The notes beneath the pieces were generated by a model that worked only from the letters and a program-made list of their open reading frames with translations, made no database searches and was not told where the DNA came from. From the NCBI GenBank assembly GCA_044344255.1, contig JBIJDH010000011.1, forward strand, positions 32,001 to 96,000: DNA of 64,000 nt. Direction: 5' to 3'. Made by a program: the position numbers and the translations under genes. Source of the DNA: Myxococcota bacterium. Its GTDB lineage: Bacteria > Myxococcota_A > UBA796 > UBA2385. Below, piece by piece: positions 45,802 to 53,767 of the stretch (positions within the stretch are counted from its first letter, which is position 1; the number at the start of each line of letters is the position of its first letter).

Positions 45802-47403
45802 ATGGCCGGTCCCCCCCCTTCTTCCCCTGACCGGCCCGCGCCCTCGGCGGAGGGAACCCCCGGCGCCTCTCCCAAGATGCCGCCTCAAATCGGCTACATC
45901 ATCGGGAATGAGGGCTGTGAGCGCTTCTCCTTCTACGGGATGCGCAACGTGCTCACGACCTTCCTCGTGGGCTCTCTCCTGCTCGACCTCCCCGAGGCCG
46001 ACCGAGAGGGCGCGGCCAAGGAGGTCTTTCACACCTTTGTGATCGGGGTCTACTTCTTCCCCCTGCTCGGCGGCTGGCTGGCAGACCGCTACTTCGGCAA
46101 GTACCGGGTGATCTTCGGCCTCTCCCTGGTCTACACGGCCGGCCACCTGCTGCTCGCCCTCTCCGAGAGCCACCGCGCCGGCTTCTACGCCGGCCTCGGC
46201 CTGATCGCGCTCGGCTCCGGGGGCATCAAGCCCTGCGTCTCGGCCTTCGTGGGTGATCAGTTCGACGCCGCCAGCCGGCCGCTCGCCAAGCTGGTCTTCG
46301 ACGCCTTCTACTGGATCATCAACTTCGGCTCCTTCTTCGCCACCCTCCTCGTGCCCTTCCTGCTCCGACAGTGGGGGCCCGGCGTGGCCTTCGGGGTGCC
46401 GGGGGTGCTGATGGCCCTCGCCACCTTCGTGCTCTGGCTCGGTCGTGACCGCTACGTGCGCGTGCCGCCCAACCCCGCGGATCCCCACTCCCTGCTCCGG
46501 GTCGCGCGCACGGCCCTGCTCTCCCCGGGCGCCAGCGGCACACGCCCCGGCCTCGCCCTGGCCCTCGTCGGGGTCATCGCCGCGCTCGCGGCGCCCGTCC
46601 TGCTGCCCTCCATCGGCCTCATCGCCACCCTCTGCCTCGCGCTCGTTCTGCTGCTCGGCCTCGGCGGCGCGGGCGTCGCCCTCCAGCTCAACCGGGCCCG
46701 CGGTGCCCACCCCGAGGAGGCCGTGCAGGGCCTGCGCGCCGTCCTGCGCCTGCTCGTCATCTTCGCGCTCGTGACCCCCTTCTGGTCGCTCTTTGATCAG
46801 AAGGCCAGCACCTGGGTGCTCCAGGCCGGCGGGATGAGCCGGCCGGACTGGTTCCAACCCTCCCAGATGCAGGCCTTGAACCCCGCCCTGGTGATGCTGC
46901 TCATCCCCTTCAACAACCTCGTGCTCTACCCCGCGCTCCGTAAGGCCGGCCTCGAGGCGACCCCGCTCCGGCGGATGACCACGGGCATCGCCGCCTCGGG
47001 CGTCGCCTGGATCGTGGTGGGCGCCCTGCAGCTCCACCTCGACAGCGGGGCCGACCTCAGCATCCTCTGGCAGATCCTGCCCTACGCCCTCCTCACCTTC
47101 GGCGAGGTGCTGGTCAGCGCCACCGGCCTCGAATTCGCCTACTCCCAGGCACCCCTGCGCACGAAGAGCGCCCTGATGGCCTTCTGGAGCCTCTCGGTCA
47201 CCGTCGGCAACCTCTGGGTGCTGCTCGTGAACGCGAGCGTGAAGTCCGAGGCCGCCACCGCCCAGGTGACCGGGCTCGGGCTCGGCGTCACGGCCTTCCA
47301 GATGTTCTTCTTCGCCGGCTTCGCGCTCGTGGCGGCCGCCATCTTCGGCCTCGTGGCCGCGCGCTTCCCGGTGGAGGACCGCTACCGGGCGGCGGGGGCC
47401 TGA
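45802..47403 (+). CDS. POT/PTR family proton-dependent oligopeptide transporter
   Basis: NEGCERFSFYGMR, GGWLADRYFG, GSGGIKP, FYWIINFGS, GLEFAYSQAP; AGGAG RBS before ATG 45802. Confidence 0.93.
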   Translation: MAGPPPSSPDRPAPSAEGTPGASPKMPPQIGYIIGNEGCERFSFYGMRNVLTTFLVGSLLLDLPEADREGAAKEVFHTFVIGVYFFPLLGGWLADRYFGKYRVIFGLSLVYTAGHLLLALSESHRAGFYAGLGLIALGSGGIKPCVSAFVGDQFDAASRPLAKLVFDAFYWIINFGSFFATLLVPFLLRQWGPGVAFGVPGVLMALATFVLWLGRDRYVRVPPNPADPHSLLRVARTALLSPGASGTRPGLALALVGVIAALAAPVLLPSIGLIATLCLALVLLLGLGGAGVALQLNRARGAHPEEAVQGLRAVLRLLVIFALVTPFWSLFDQKASTWVLQAGGMSRPDWFQPSQMQALNPALVMLLIPFNNLVLYPALRKAGLEATPLRRMTTGIAASGVAWIVVGALQLHLDSGADLSILWQILPYALLTFGEVLVSATGLEFAYSQAPLRTKSALMAFWSLSVTVGNLWVLLVNASVKSEAATAQVTGLGLGVTAFQMFFFAGFALVAAAIFGLVAARFPVEDRYRAAGA

Positions 47404-48833
47404 AGCACCGCCGCGAGGCAGGGCCGCACCACCCCGGCGACAATGCGCTGGTGCAGCGCCCGCCGCGCGCCCGCGGACAGGCAGCCCCAGGCCGCGGCCA
47501 CCGCCTCCCCCGCGGCGTCGGCGCCCGTGTCGGCGTCGGTCGGCGCGCCCGCGCTGAGCTCGGCCACCCCCTGCCCGACGGCGGCGATCGCGCGCTCCCG
47601 GAGCGAGGCCCCGCCGATCGTGAGCATCCAACGGAGGGTGCGCCAGGCGAGCGCGGCGTGCCGCGCTTCATCCTCGGCGACCGTGAGCAGGGCCGCGCGG
47701 AGCGGGCCCTCGGGCACGCCCTCGGCGGCGGCGCGGGCCTCGGCGGCGCCCACCGTCTCGCCCACGCAGCCCTCGACGACGAGGGTCCAGAGGGCGTCCT
47801 CCAGGCTCATGTTGATGGACAGGCCGGCGAGGGACAGAGGACCCGGGCCCACCGGCTCGCCGAGGAGCTGGCTCGCCACGCCGTAGGCAAGCTCGGCGTG
47901 GGCGACCTCATCGAGGCCGGCGGCCTGGTGGTCGCGCAGGAGCGCGGGGGGCGCGCCGAAAGACAGGAGCTGCAGGGTCGCGCGGGCGAAGGAGGCGACG
48001 CTCGCGTGCTCGAGCGCGGCGACCGAGGCCCAGCGCTGGCCGAGCGCCCGGCGTTGCGCGGGGTCGGTCGGGAGGGCCGCCGGCAGGGCGCGGGACCAGC
48101 CCCGAGAGGGGACGGTGGGCGCCACGCGGGTGGGGCCCAGGGCCTCGGCGTGCAGCGGCCGGCCGATGGCGCAGCCCTGCTGCTGGCAATCGAAGGTGCC
48201 GGTCTCGGAGTAGCCGATCCCGCAGGTCGCGCCTGCGTCGTCGCAGTCGTCAGCCACCCGACAGGTGTCATCTCCGGTGCGACAGCCGAGCTGCTGGGTG
48301 TATCCGCAGCCGTCGTTGTACGAGGAGACCCCGCACTGCCCGGAGTCACAGTCCGCGTTCGTGGCACAGGTCGCCGCGACGCAGGTGGCCCAGTCGTTGG
48401 TCCCCTCGATGACACCCGGGGGGAGACAGGCTTGGCCCTCGGCGCAGTCGTCGTCCCCCTCGCAGGTGTAGACGCAGCCGCAGTAGGTCATCTCCTGGAT
48501 GCCAGAGACACAGTAACCGTGGGCCCGCTCCACACAGTCGGCGTCGGTGGTGCAGGAGAGGTCCTCCTCGGTGCCCGCGCAGGCCGGGCCGGCCGCCTGG
48601 GGGACCACAGGGCGCACCTCCACCCGATTGACGGCGCCGTCGCCGCAGCGCTCGTAGCCGGTGGGGGCGCCGCTGGCGTCGAGGATGGGGGAGGCGGAGG
48701 CGCAGGGCACGGGGGAGCCGGCGCTGTCCTCTTCCTTACCCCCGTCACATGCGCCCGCCCCGAGGCCCATGGCCAGGAGGAGCGAGAGGCGGAGCGCGGA
48801 GGCGAGGTCGTGCGGGCGATGATTGGGCTGCAT
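47382..48833 (-). CDS. Lipoprotein with Cys-rich N-terminal domain and ferritin-like di-iron domain
   Basis: GAGAC lipobox; >20 Cys; IGRPL hinge; EHASVASF, DEVAHA, EGCVGET, DEARHA. Confidence 0.8.
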   Translation of the reverse strand: MQPNHRPHDLASALRLSLLLAMGLGAGACDGGKEEDSAGSPVPCASASPILDASGAPTGYERCGDGAVNRVEVRPVVPQAAGPACAGTEEDLSCTTDADCVERAHGYCVSGIQEMTYCGCVYTCEGDDDCAEGQACLPPGVIEGTNDWATCVAATCATNADCDSGQCGVSSYNDGCGYTQQLGCRTGDDTCRVADDCDDAGATCGIGYSETGTFDCQQQGCAIGRPLHAEALGPTRVAPTVPSRGWSRALPAALPTDPAQRRALGQRWASVAALEHASVASFARATLQLLSFGAPPALLRDHQAAGLDEVAHAELAYGVASQLLGEPVGPGPLSLAGLSINMSLEDALWTLVVEGCVGETVGAAEARAAAEGVPEGPLRAALLTVAEDEARHAALAWRTLRWMLTIGGASLRERAIAAVGQGVAELSAGAPTDADTGADAAGEAVAAAWGCLSAGARRALHQRIVAGVVRPCLAAVLQAPAAR

Positions 48834-48932
48834 GCTCCATCATGTCCCGAGCCCACTCCGGTGGCCACGCGCCATCGCCCAGGAACCGCCCACCGTCAGT
48901 CCTGGGGCGCCCGTGCGCCGCTCGGCCGCTCC

Positions 48933-50555
48933 CTACTGGGCCCGGAGGCCGGGCGCCTCGCGGCCCGAGGCGGCCACATACTCGTCGTAGGTGCCGGGGT
49001 AGACCACGGGCCCCTGTGGCGAGAGCTCGACCACCCGATTGGCGAGGGCGCGGAGGAAGGCGCGATCATGGGAGACGAAGACGAGCGTGCCCTCGTACTC
49101 GGCGAGCGAGGCGACGAGCGCCCGCTTGGTCGAGAGGTCGAGGTGGTTGGTGGGCTCGTCGAGCACCATGAAGTTGGGCGCGTCGTAGAGCATCTTCGCC
49201 ATCGCGAGGCGCGACTTCTCGCCGCCGCTCAGCACGGAGATGGGCTTGTCCACGTCATCCCCCGAGAAGCCGAAGGCGCCCGCGAGGCTCTTCAAGACGC
49301 CGAGGCCCACCTTGGGGGCGTGGTTCTGCAGCTCCTCGAGGATGCTGTTGTCCCCGTCGAGCTGCTCCATCTGGTGCTGCGCGAAGTAACCGAGCTCGAC
49401 CGAGGCCCCGACGGTCACCGAGCCCTGATCGGGGTTCAGCGCCCCGGCCATCATCTTGAGCAGGGTGGTCTTGCCCGCGCCGTTCTCGCCCATGATCGCC
49501 CATCGCTCGCCGCGGCGCACGACGAGGTCGACGCTCTTGTGGATGGTGCGGTCGCCGTACCGCTTGGCCACGCCCTTGAGGGTGAGCACGTCGTTGCCGC
49601 TGCGGCCCGCCTTCTTGAACTCGAACCGGCGCTCGACGATCCGCTTCGGCGGCTCGATCCGCTCGATCTTGTCCACCTTCTTGGCCCGGCTCTGCACCTG
49701 GCTGGCCTTGCCGGGCTGCGCCTTGAAGCGCTCGATGAAGCGAAGCTCCTTCTGCAACATCGCCTGCTGCTTCTCGAACTCGGCCTGGAGCTGCACCTCG
49801 GCGAGGGCCCGGGCCTTCTCGTAGGCGCCGTAGTCGCCCGTATAGGAGCGGATACGGCCGCCGTCGATCTCGACGATACGCTTGACCACCCGGTTGAGCA
49901 CGTCCCGGTCGTGGCAGGTCATCAGGACGGCGCCCGGGTAGTCCCGGAGCCAGGCCTCGAGCCAGAGGATGGACTCGATGTCCAGGTAGTTCGTCGGCTC
50001 GTCGAGCAGCAGGAGCTCGGGCCGCGCGAGGAGGATGCGGGCGAGCTGCACCCGCATGCGCCAGCCGCCGGAGAGGGCGCCGATGCGGCCGTCCATCTCC
50101 TCCTGACGGAAGCCGAGGCCGGCGAGGAGCGTGCGGGCGCGGGCCTCGAGGTCATAGCCGCCGCCCGCGGCGTAGTGGGACTGCACGTCACCGTAACGCT
50201 CGAGCACGTCGTCGTAGTCGGGGGCGTCGACGTCATCGAGGCGCGCCTCGAGCAGCACGAGCTCATCGCCGAGGCGGGCGAGGTCACCGGCGCCGGCGAG
50301 GGTCTCCTTCAAGACGGTGGCGTCGCCAAAGTCTGCGAAGTCCTGGCGGAAGTAGCCGACGGTGAGGCGGCGGGGCCGGTCGACCGTGCCCTCGTCGGGG
50401 CTCTGCTCGCCCATCATCAGGCGGAAGATCGTGGTCTTCCCGGAGCCGTTCGGGCCCACGAGGCCCACCTTCTCGCCCGGGTTGATCCGGAGGGAGCTGT
50501 CCAGGAAGAGGACCTGCCCGCCGTACTGCATGGTGATGTTGTTGAGGTCGATCAA
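48933..50555 (-). CDS. ABC-F family ATPase
   Basis: Two NBDs and no TM: GPNGSGKT/LSGGW/LLLLDEPTN and GENGAGKT/LSGGEK/LDEPTNH. True start TTG 50555 with GGAGG RBS (ORF track over-extends). Confidence 0.93.
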   Translation of the reverse strand: MIDLNNITMQYGGQVLFLDSSLRINPGEKVGLVGPNGSGKTTIFRLMMGEQSPDEGTVDRPRRLTVGYFRQDFADFGDATVLKETLAGAGDLARLGDELVLLEARLDDVDAPDYDDVLERYGDVQSHYAAGGGYDLEARARTLLAGLGFRQEEMDGRIGALSGGWRMRVQLARILLARPELLLLDEPTNYLDIESILWLEAWLRDYPGAVLMTCHDRDVLNRVVKRIVEIDGGRIRSYTGDYGAYEKARALAEVQLQAEFEKQQAMLQKELRFIERFKAQPGKASQVQSRAKKVDKIERIEPPKRIVERRFEFKKAGRSGNDVLTLKGVAKRYGDRTIHKSVDLVVRRGERWAIMGENGAGKTTLLKMMAGALNPDQGSVTVGASVELGYFAQHQMEQLDGDNSILEELQNHAPKVGLGVLKSLAGAFGFSGDDVDKPISVLSGGEKSRLAMAKMLYDAPNFMVLDEPTNHLDLSTKRALVASLAEYEGTLVFVSHDRAFLRALANRVVELSPQGPVVYPGTYDEYVAASGREAPGLRAQ

Positions 50556-50623
50556 GGCTGCCTCCGAGGCCGCGCCGATTAGCCCCCTCCGCGGGCGCTG
50601 TCGATTCGAGGGCCGCGGGGAGT

Positions 50624-50664
50624 GACCGCGACAGCGACCGCGACCGCGACAGCGACAGCGACAG
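50624..50664. repeat. Intergenic hexamer repeat (GACMGC) x~7
   Basis: GACCGC GACAGC GACCGC GACCGC GACAGC GACAGC GACAG read directly. Confidence 0.85.
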
Positions 50665-50745
50665 GTGACGCTTGTCATCGCCCTCCCGAAGCCGCGGTCC
50701 TGCGAGAGTGCCCATGGGAGCGATGTCTTTGGCGACCTGAGGCGC

Positions 50746-50761
50746 TGGCATGGCCCCTGCA
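50746..50761 (+). promoter_or_regulatory. Sigma54 (-24/-12) promoter upstream of the acidic lipoprotein
   Basis: TGGCATGGCCCCTGCA versus consensus TGGCACG-N4-TTGCW; 67 nt upstream of ATG 50829. Confidence 0.65.
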
Positions 50762-50828
50762 ACAGGCCTCGCATCGGCGGTGACCCTGAAGGTGCCGGAC
50801 CGAGCCCTGACGCCCCTCGGAGACGACC

Positions 50829-51776
50829 ATGCGAATCCTCTTCTTCTCTGTCCTTTGCTCCGCCTCCTCCCTCTCTTTGATCGGCTGCGAGGACAAGGCG
50901 AGCAGCTCCGACACCGCGTCCGCCGACGGCGGCGGCGACGATGGCGGCTCCGACGGCACGGACGGCACGGACGGCACGGACGGCTCCGACGGCTCCGACG
51001 GCACGGACGGCTCCGACGGCTCCGACGGCTCCGATGGCTCCGACGGCTCCGATGGCTCCGACGGCACGGACGGAACGGACGGCTCCGACGGTGGCTCCGA
51101 CCCCACCGCCGAGCTCCGCTTCGTCTCCGTCACCCCCAACATGAACCCCGTGCTCTTCGACGCCATGCACGTCGACGACTCGACCCGAGTGCAGCGGAGC
51201 CTCTACGAGACCCAGGGCACCGAGTACATCACCGTCCCGAGCACGGGCGAGACCCAGCTCACGGTCACCGATGAAACCACCGAGGACGTGCTCGCCTTGA
51301 CCACCGGCCTCTACCTCGAAGAGGGCAAGCGTTACTCCGTGGCCTACATGGAGGGCGGTGAGCTCTCGGTGCTGTTGGACGACGACAGCGGCGTCGCCGC
51401 CGATCACACCCGCGTCCGCGTCGTCAACGCGGACCCGGCCGGGACGGCGAACAGCTGGATCGGCTACTGGAACGGCGAAGGCTACCCGATGGACTACACC
51501 TTCGACCTCGCGTATGGCGCGGACTGGCAGGCCGACCTGCCGACGGCCACCAGCCCGGTGCAGCTCGAGCTCGTCTGGCCCGCCCTCGACAGCCTGCTGG
51601 TGGACTGGAACATCTCCGCCTTCACCCAGGTCGATCCCGGCTCGATCGTCAACCTCTACGCCTACAACAACAATGACTGCAGCTTCGTCAGCGAGAGCTG
51701 TGCCCCCATGATCATCGGTCAGTTCGAGGACGGCAGCACGGCGACGGTCGAAGGCTCCTTCGGGTGGGCGATGTAA
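50829..51776 (+). CDS. Acidic lipoprotein with (DGT/DGS) linker and DUF4397-like beta domains
   Basis: LIGC lipobox; AELRFVSVTPN...LEEGKRYSV...TRVRVVNADP resemble DUF4397. Confidence 0.7.
   Translation: MRILFFSVLCSASSLSLIGCEDKASSSDTASADGGGDDGGSDGTDGTDGTDGSDGSDGTDGSDGSDGSDGSDGSDGSDGTDGTDGSDGGSDPTAELRFVSVTPNMNPVLFDAMHVDDSTRVQRSLYETQGTEYITVPSTGETQLTVTDETTEDVLALTTGLYLEEGKRYSVAYMEGGELSVLLDDDSGVAADHTRVRVVNADPAGTANSWIGYWNGEGYPMDYTFDLAYGADWQADLPTATSPVQLELVWPALDSLLVDWNISAFTQVDPGSIVNLYAYNNNDCSFVSESCAPMIIGQFEDGSTATVEGSFGWAM
50952..51086 (+). repeat. 9-bp coding repeat, 15 units of DGT/DGS
   Basis: GACGGCACG / GACGGCTCC units read directly. Confidence 0.9.
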
Positions 51777-51802
51777 CCCCGCCTCCTCCAGGTTGAAGCT
51801 GG

Positions 51803-51831
51803 CGGCGCCAGGAGACCCCCTCCTGGCGCCG
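51803..51831. terminator. Perfect 12-bp hairpin between the lipoprotein and caspase genes
   Basis: CGGCGCCAGGAG - 5 nt loop - CTCCTGGCGCCG, followed only by TTAT (weak U tract). Confidence 0.45.
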
Positions 51832-51864
51832 TTATAGGATCCGTCCCCCTCTGTGGAGCACCCC

Positions 51865-53763
51865 ATGTCCTTCGCCACCCAACCACTGCACGCTCCCCCC
51901 GCATTACGCGCCGCGCTGCAGGAGAACGCACGAGTCTTCGCCATCGGCGTCTCCGCCTACGACCACTTCCCCAGCCGGCCGGTCGAGAGCGCGACGGAGA
52001 ACGCGCTGGCCTGGATGGTGGTGGCGCTGCGAATGGGGGTCACACCCAACGGGAACCCGCTGATGGTCGAGCTCATGGCCGATCGGACGGTGTTGCAGGC
52101 GCGGCTCCGGGCCACCCTCGAGCTGGCCGATCTCAGCGCGGCGGAGCGCCAGGGCGTGGACAAGCTGCTCAATGATGTCTCGGCGGCCGATCCCGTCGGC
52201 TGGGACGTGCGCCGCCCCACCGCCGCCAACTTGATGAGCGCCCTCATCTACCTCGGCAACCACCTCGAATACAACCCGAGCTGCCGCTTGCTCCTCAGCT
52301 TCTCTGGCCACGGGGTGATCGACCAGGGGCGCCTCGCCCTCGCCGCCGCCGACGCACGACAGGGGGCCCCGCAGCCCACACGAACGGAGCTCGTCGCCCG
52401 CGCCGAGGCCCTCGCCGTCGATCTCGAGGCCCGGGCCGGCCGCCCGGACCTCTACGGCTTCGTCGATGATCCGGCCCACACCTTCTCCGCCGGGGCGGCG
52501 CTCCTCCGGGCCATGGCGAAGCGGGCCGACAAGGTGGGGGTGCTCCCGGAGCTGCTCGACGTCCTCGCGGCACCCCTGGAGCAGATGGGCCGCCGCTTCC
52601 GGGCCGAGGTGATCCTCGCCCTCCTCGAATTCGTGTCGGGCAACCTCGGGCGGTTGATCCCCTCCCTCACCGCGGCGCCGAGGCCCCCCGCGGCCGAGTG
52701 GACCGGGGTGCTCGGGCCCGTCCACCTGATGTTGGCGCTCGGCCGCCACGACCGCCGGGTGACCCTCATCCTCGACGCCTGCCACGCCGGGGGCCTCGGA
52801 GAGGGGCTCCAGGGCAGCCTCTCCGGGCACGGCTGGCAGGCGCTCGGCCTCGGCAGCCGCATCTTCAGCGCGACCGAGGGGGCAGAGCTCGCCGCCGAGG
52901 CCCGCATCGGCGACCGCCGCCGCAGCGCCGCCACCTGGGCCCTGACCCAGGTGCTCTCCCGCTGGGAGCGGGTGGAGGACGGCCCGGCCTACGCGCTGGG
53001 CATCCGGAACGGCGAGCTCGTGCTGCGGGCCAACCTGCTGCTCCAGGCCCTCTCCTTCCGCCAGCGCCTCTCGCTCCACGCCCCGCCGCCCAAGGGCTCC
53101 GAACCCCTCGCCTCCGACATGGCCTTCTTCGCCCTCTCCCCGAAGACCCGCACGACGGTCGACCCGTCGGCCAGCTCGGGCTCCATCCAGCTCGGCTCCG
53201 ACACCATCGGGCTGACCACCTGGCAGGTGAAGCAGGGCAGCGTTCTGCGCGCGGTGCTGCTCGCCGTCGGCACGGAGGCGCCCCCCTGGACCTACACCCT
53301 CCAGGTCGGGCAGAGTCAGGTCACGCGGACCTACGCGCCGAACACCCTGTATGTCTTCAGCAACGCCACCCACGTCTCCGCCCTGGCGGGGAGCGCCTTC
53401 ACGCTGTTGATGTTCGGCTGGGACGGCAGCGGCGCGCCTCCGTCCAGCTTCACGAGCGCGGTGAACGCCTTCAACAACGCACCGCTCTGCTTCATGCCCG
53501 CCACCGGTGACCCCGCGGAGCGCGCCTACGAGGGCCCGGCCAACCCCTCGGGGGTCTGCCGCTTCCTCCGCCCCGGGGGCAACCGCGAGGTCTTCCTCCG
53601 CTGGCTCGCGCCCGAGAGCGGCAGCAACGGCAAGCTCCAATTCATCAGCAAGGCGGGCTTCCCCTTCACGCCGGGGGACTTCGCCTCCTCGGAGATGAGC
53701 TTCGAGCAGAGCGCGACCCCGGGCTTCTCCGGCAGCTGCGTGGAGCGCGTGGTGTCGCTGTAG
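51865..53763 (+). CDS. Caspase-like (peptidase C14 / CHF clan) protease with large insert and unknown C-terminal domain
   Basis: VFAIGVSAY, LLLSFSGHG, VTLILDACHAGG, IFSA...ELAAE, SAATWAL. Confidence 0.75.
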   Translation: MSFATQPLHAPPALRAALQENARVFAIGVSAYDHFPSRPVESATENALAWMVVALRMGVTPNGNPLMVELMADRTVLQARLRATLELADLSAAERQGVDKLLNDVSAADPVGWDVRRPTAANLMSALIYLGNHLEYNPSCRLLLSFSGHGVIDQGRLALAAADARQGAPQPTRTELVARAEALAVDLEARAGRPDLYGFVDDPAHTFSAGAALLRAMAKRADKVGVLPELLDVLAAPLEQMGRRFRAEVILALLEFVSGNLGRLIPSLTAAPRPPAAEWTGVLGPVHLMLALGRHDRRVTLILDACHAGGLGEGLQGSLSGHGWQALGLGSRIFSATEGAELAAEARIGDRRRSAATWALTQVLSRWERVEDGPAYALGIRNGELVLRANLLLQALSFRQRLSLHAPPPKGSEPLASDMAFFALSPKTRTTVDPSASSGSIQLGSDTIGLTTWQVKQGSVLRAVLLAVGTEAPPWTYTLQVGQSQVTRTYAPNTLYVFSNATHVSALAGSAFTLLMFGWDGSGAPPSSFTSAVNAFNNAPLCFMPATGDPAERAYEGPANPSGVCRFLRPGGNREVFLRWLAPESGSNGKLQFISKAGFPFTPGDFASSEMSFEQSATPGFSGSCVERVVSL

Positions 53764-53767
53764 ACCA

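Noticed and set aside
50556..51944. N-terminal 463 aa of the 1003-aa ABC-F ORF
   Set aside because: Antisense to the lipoprotein gene; the real start is TTG 50555 with a GGAGG RBS.
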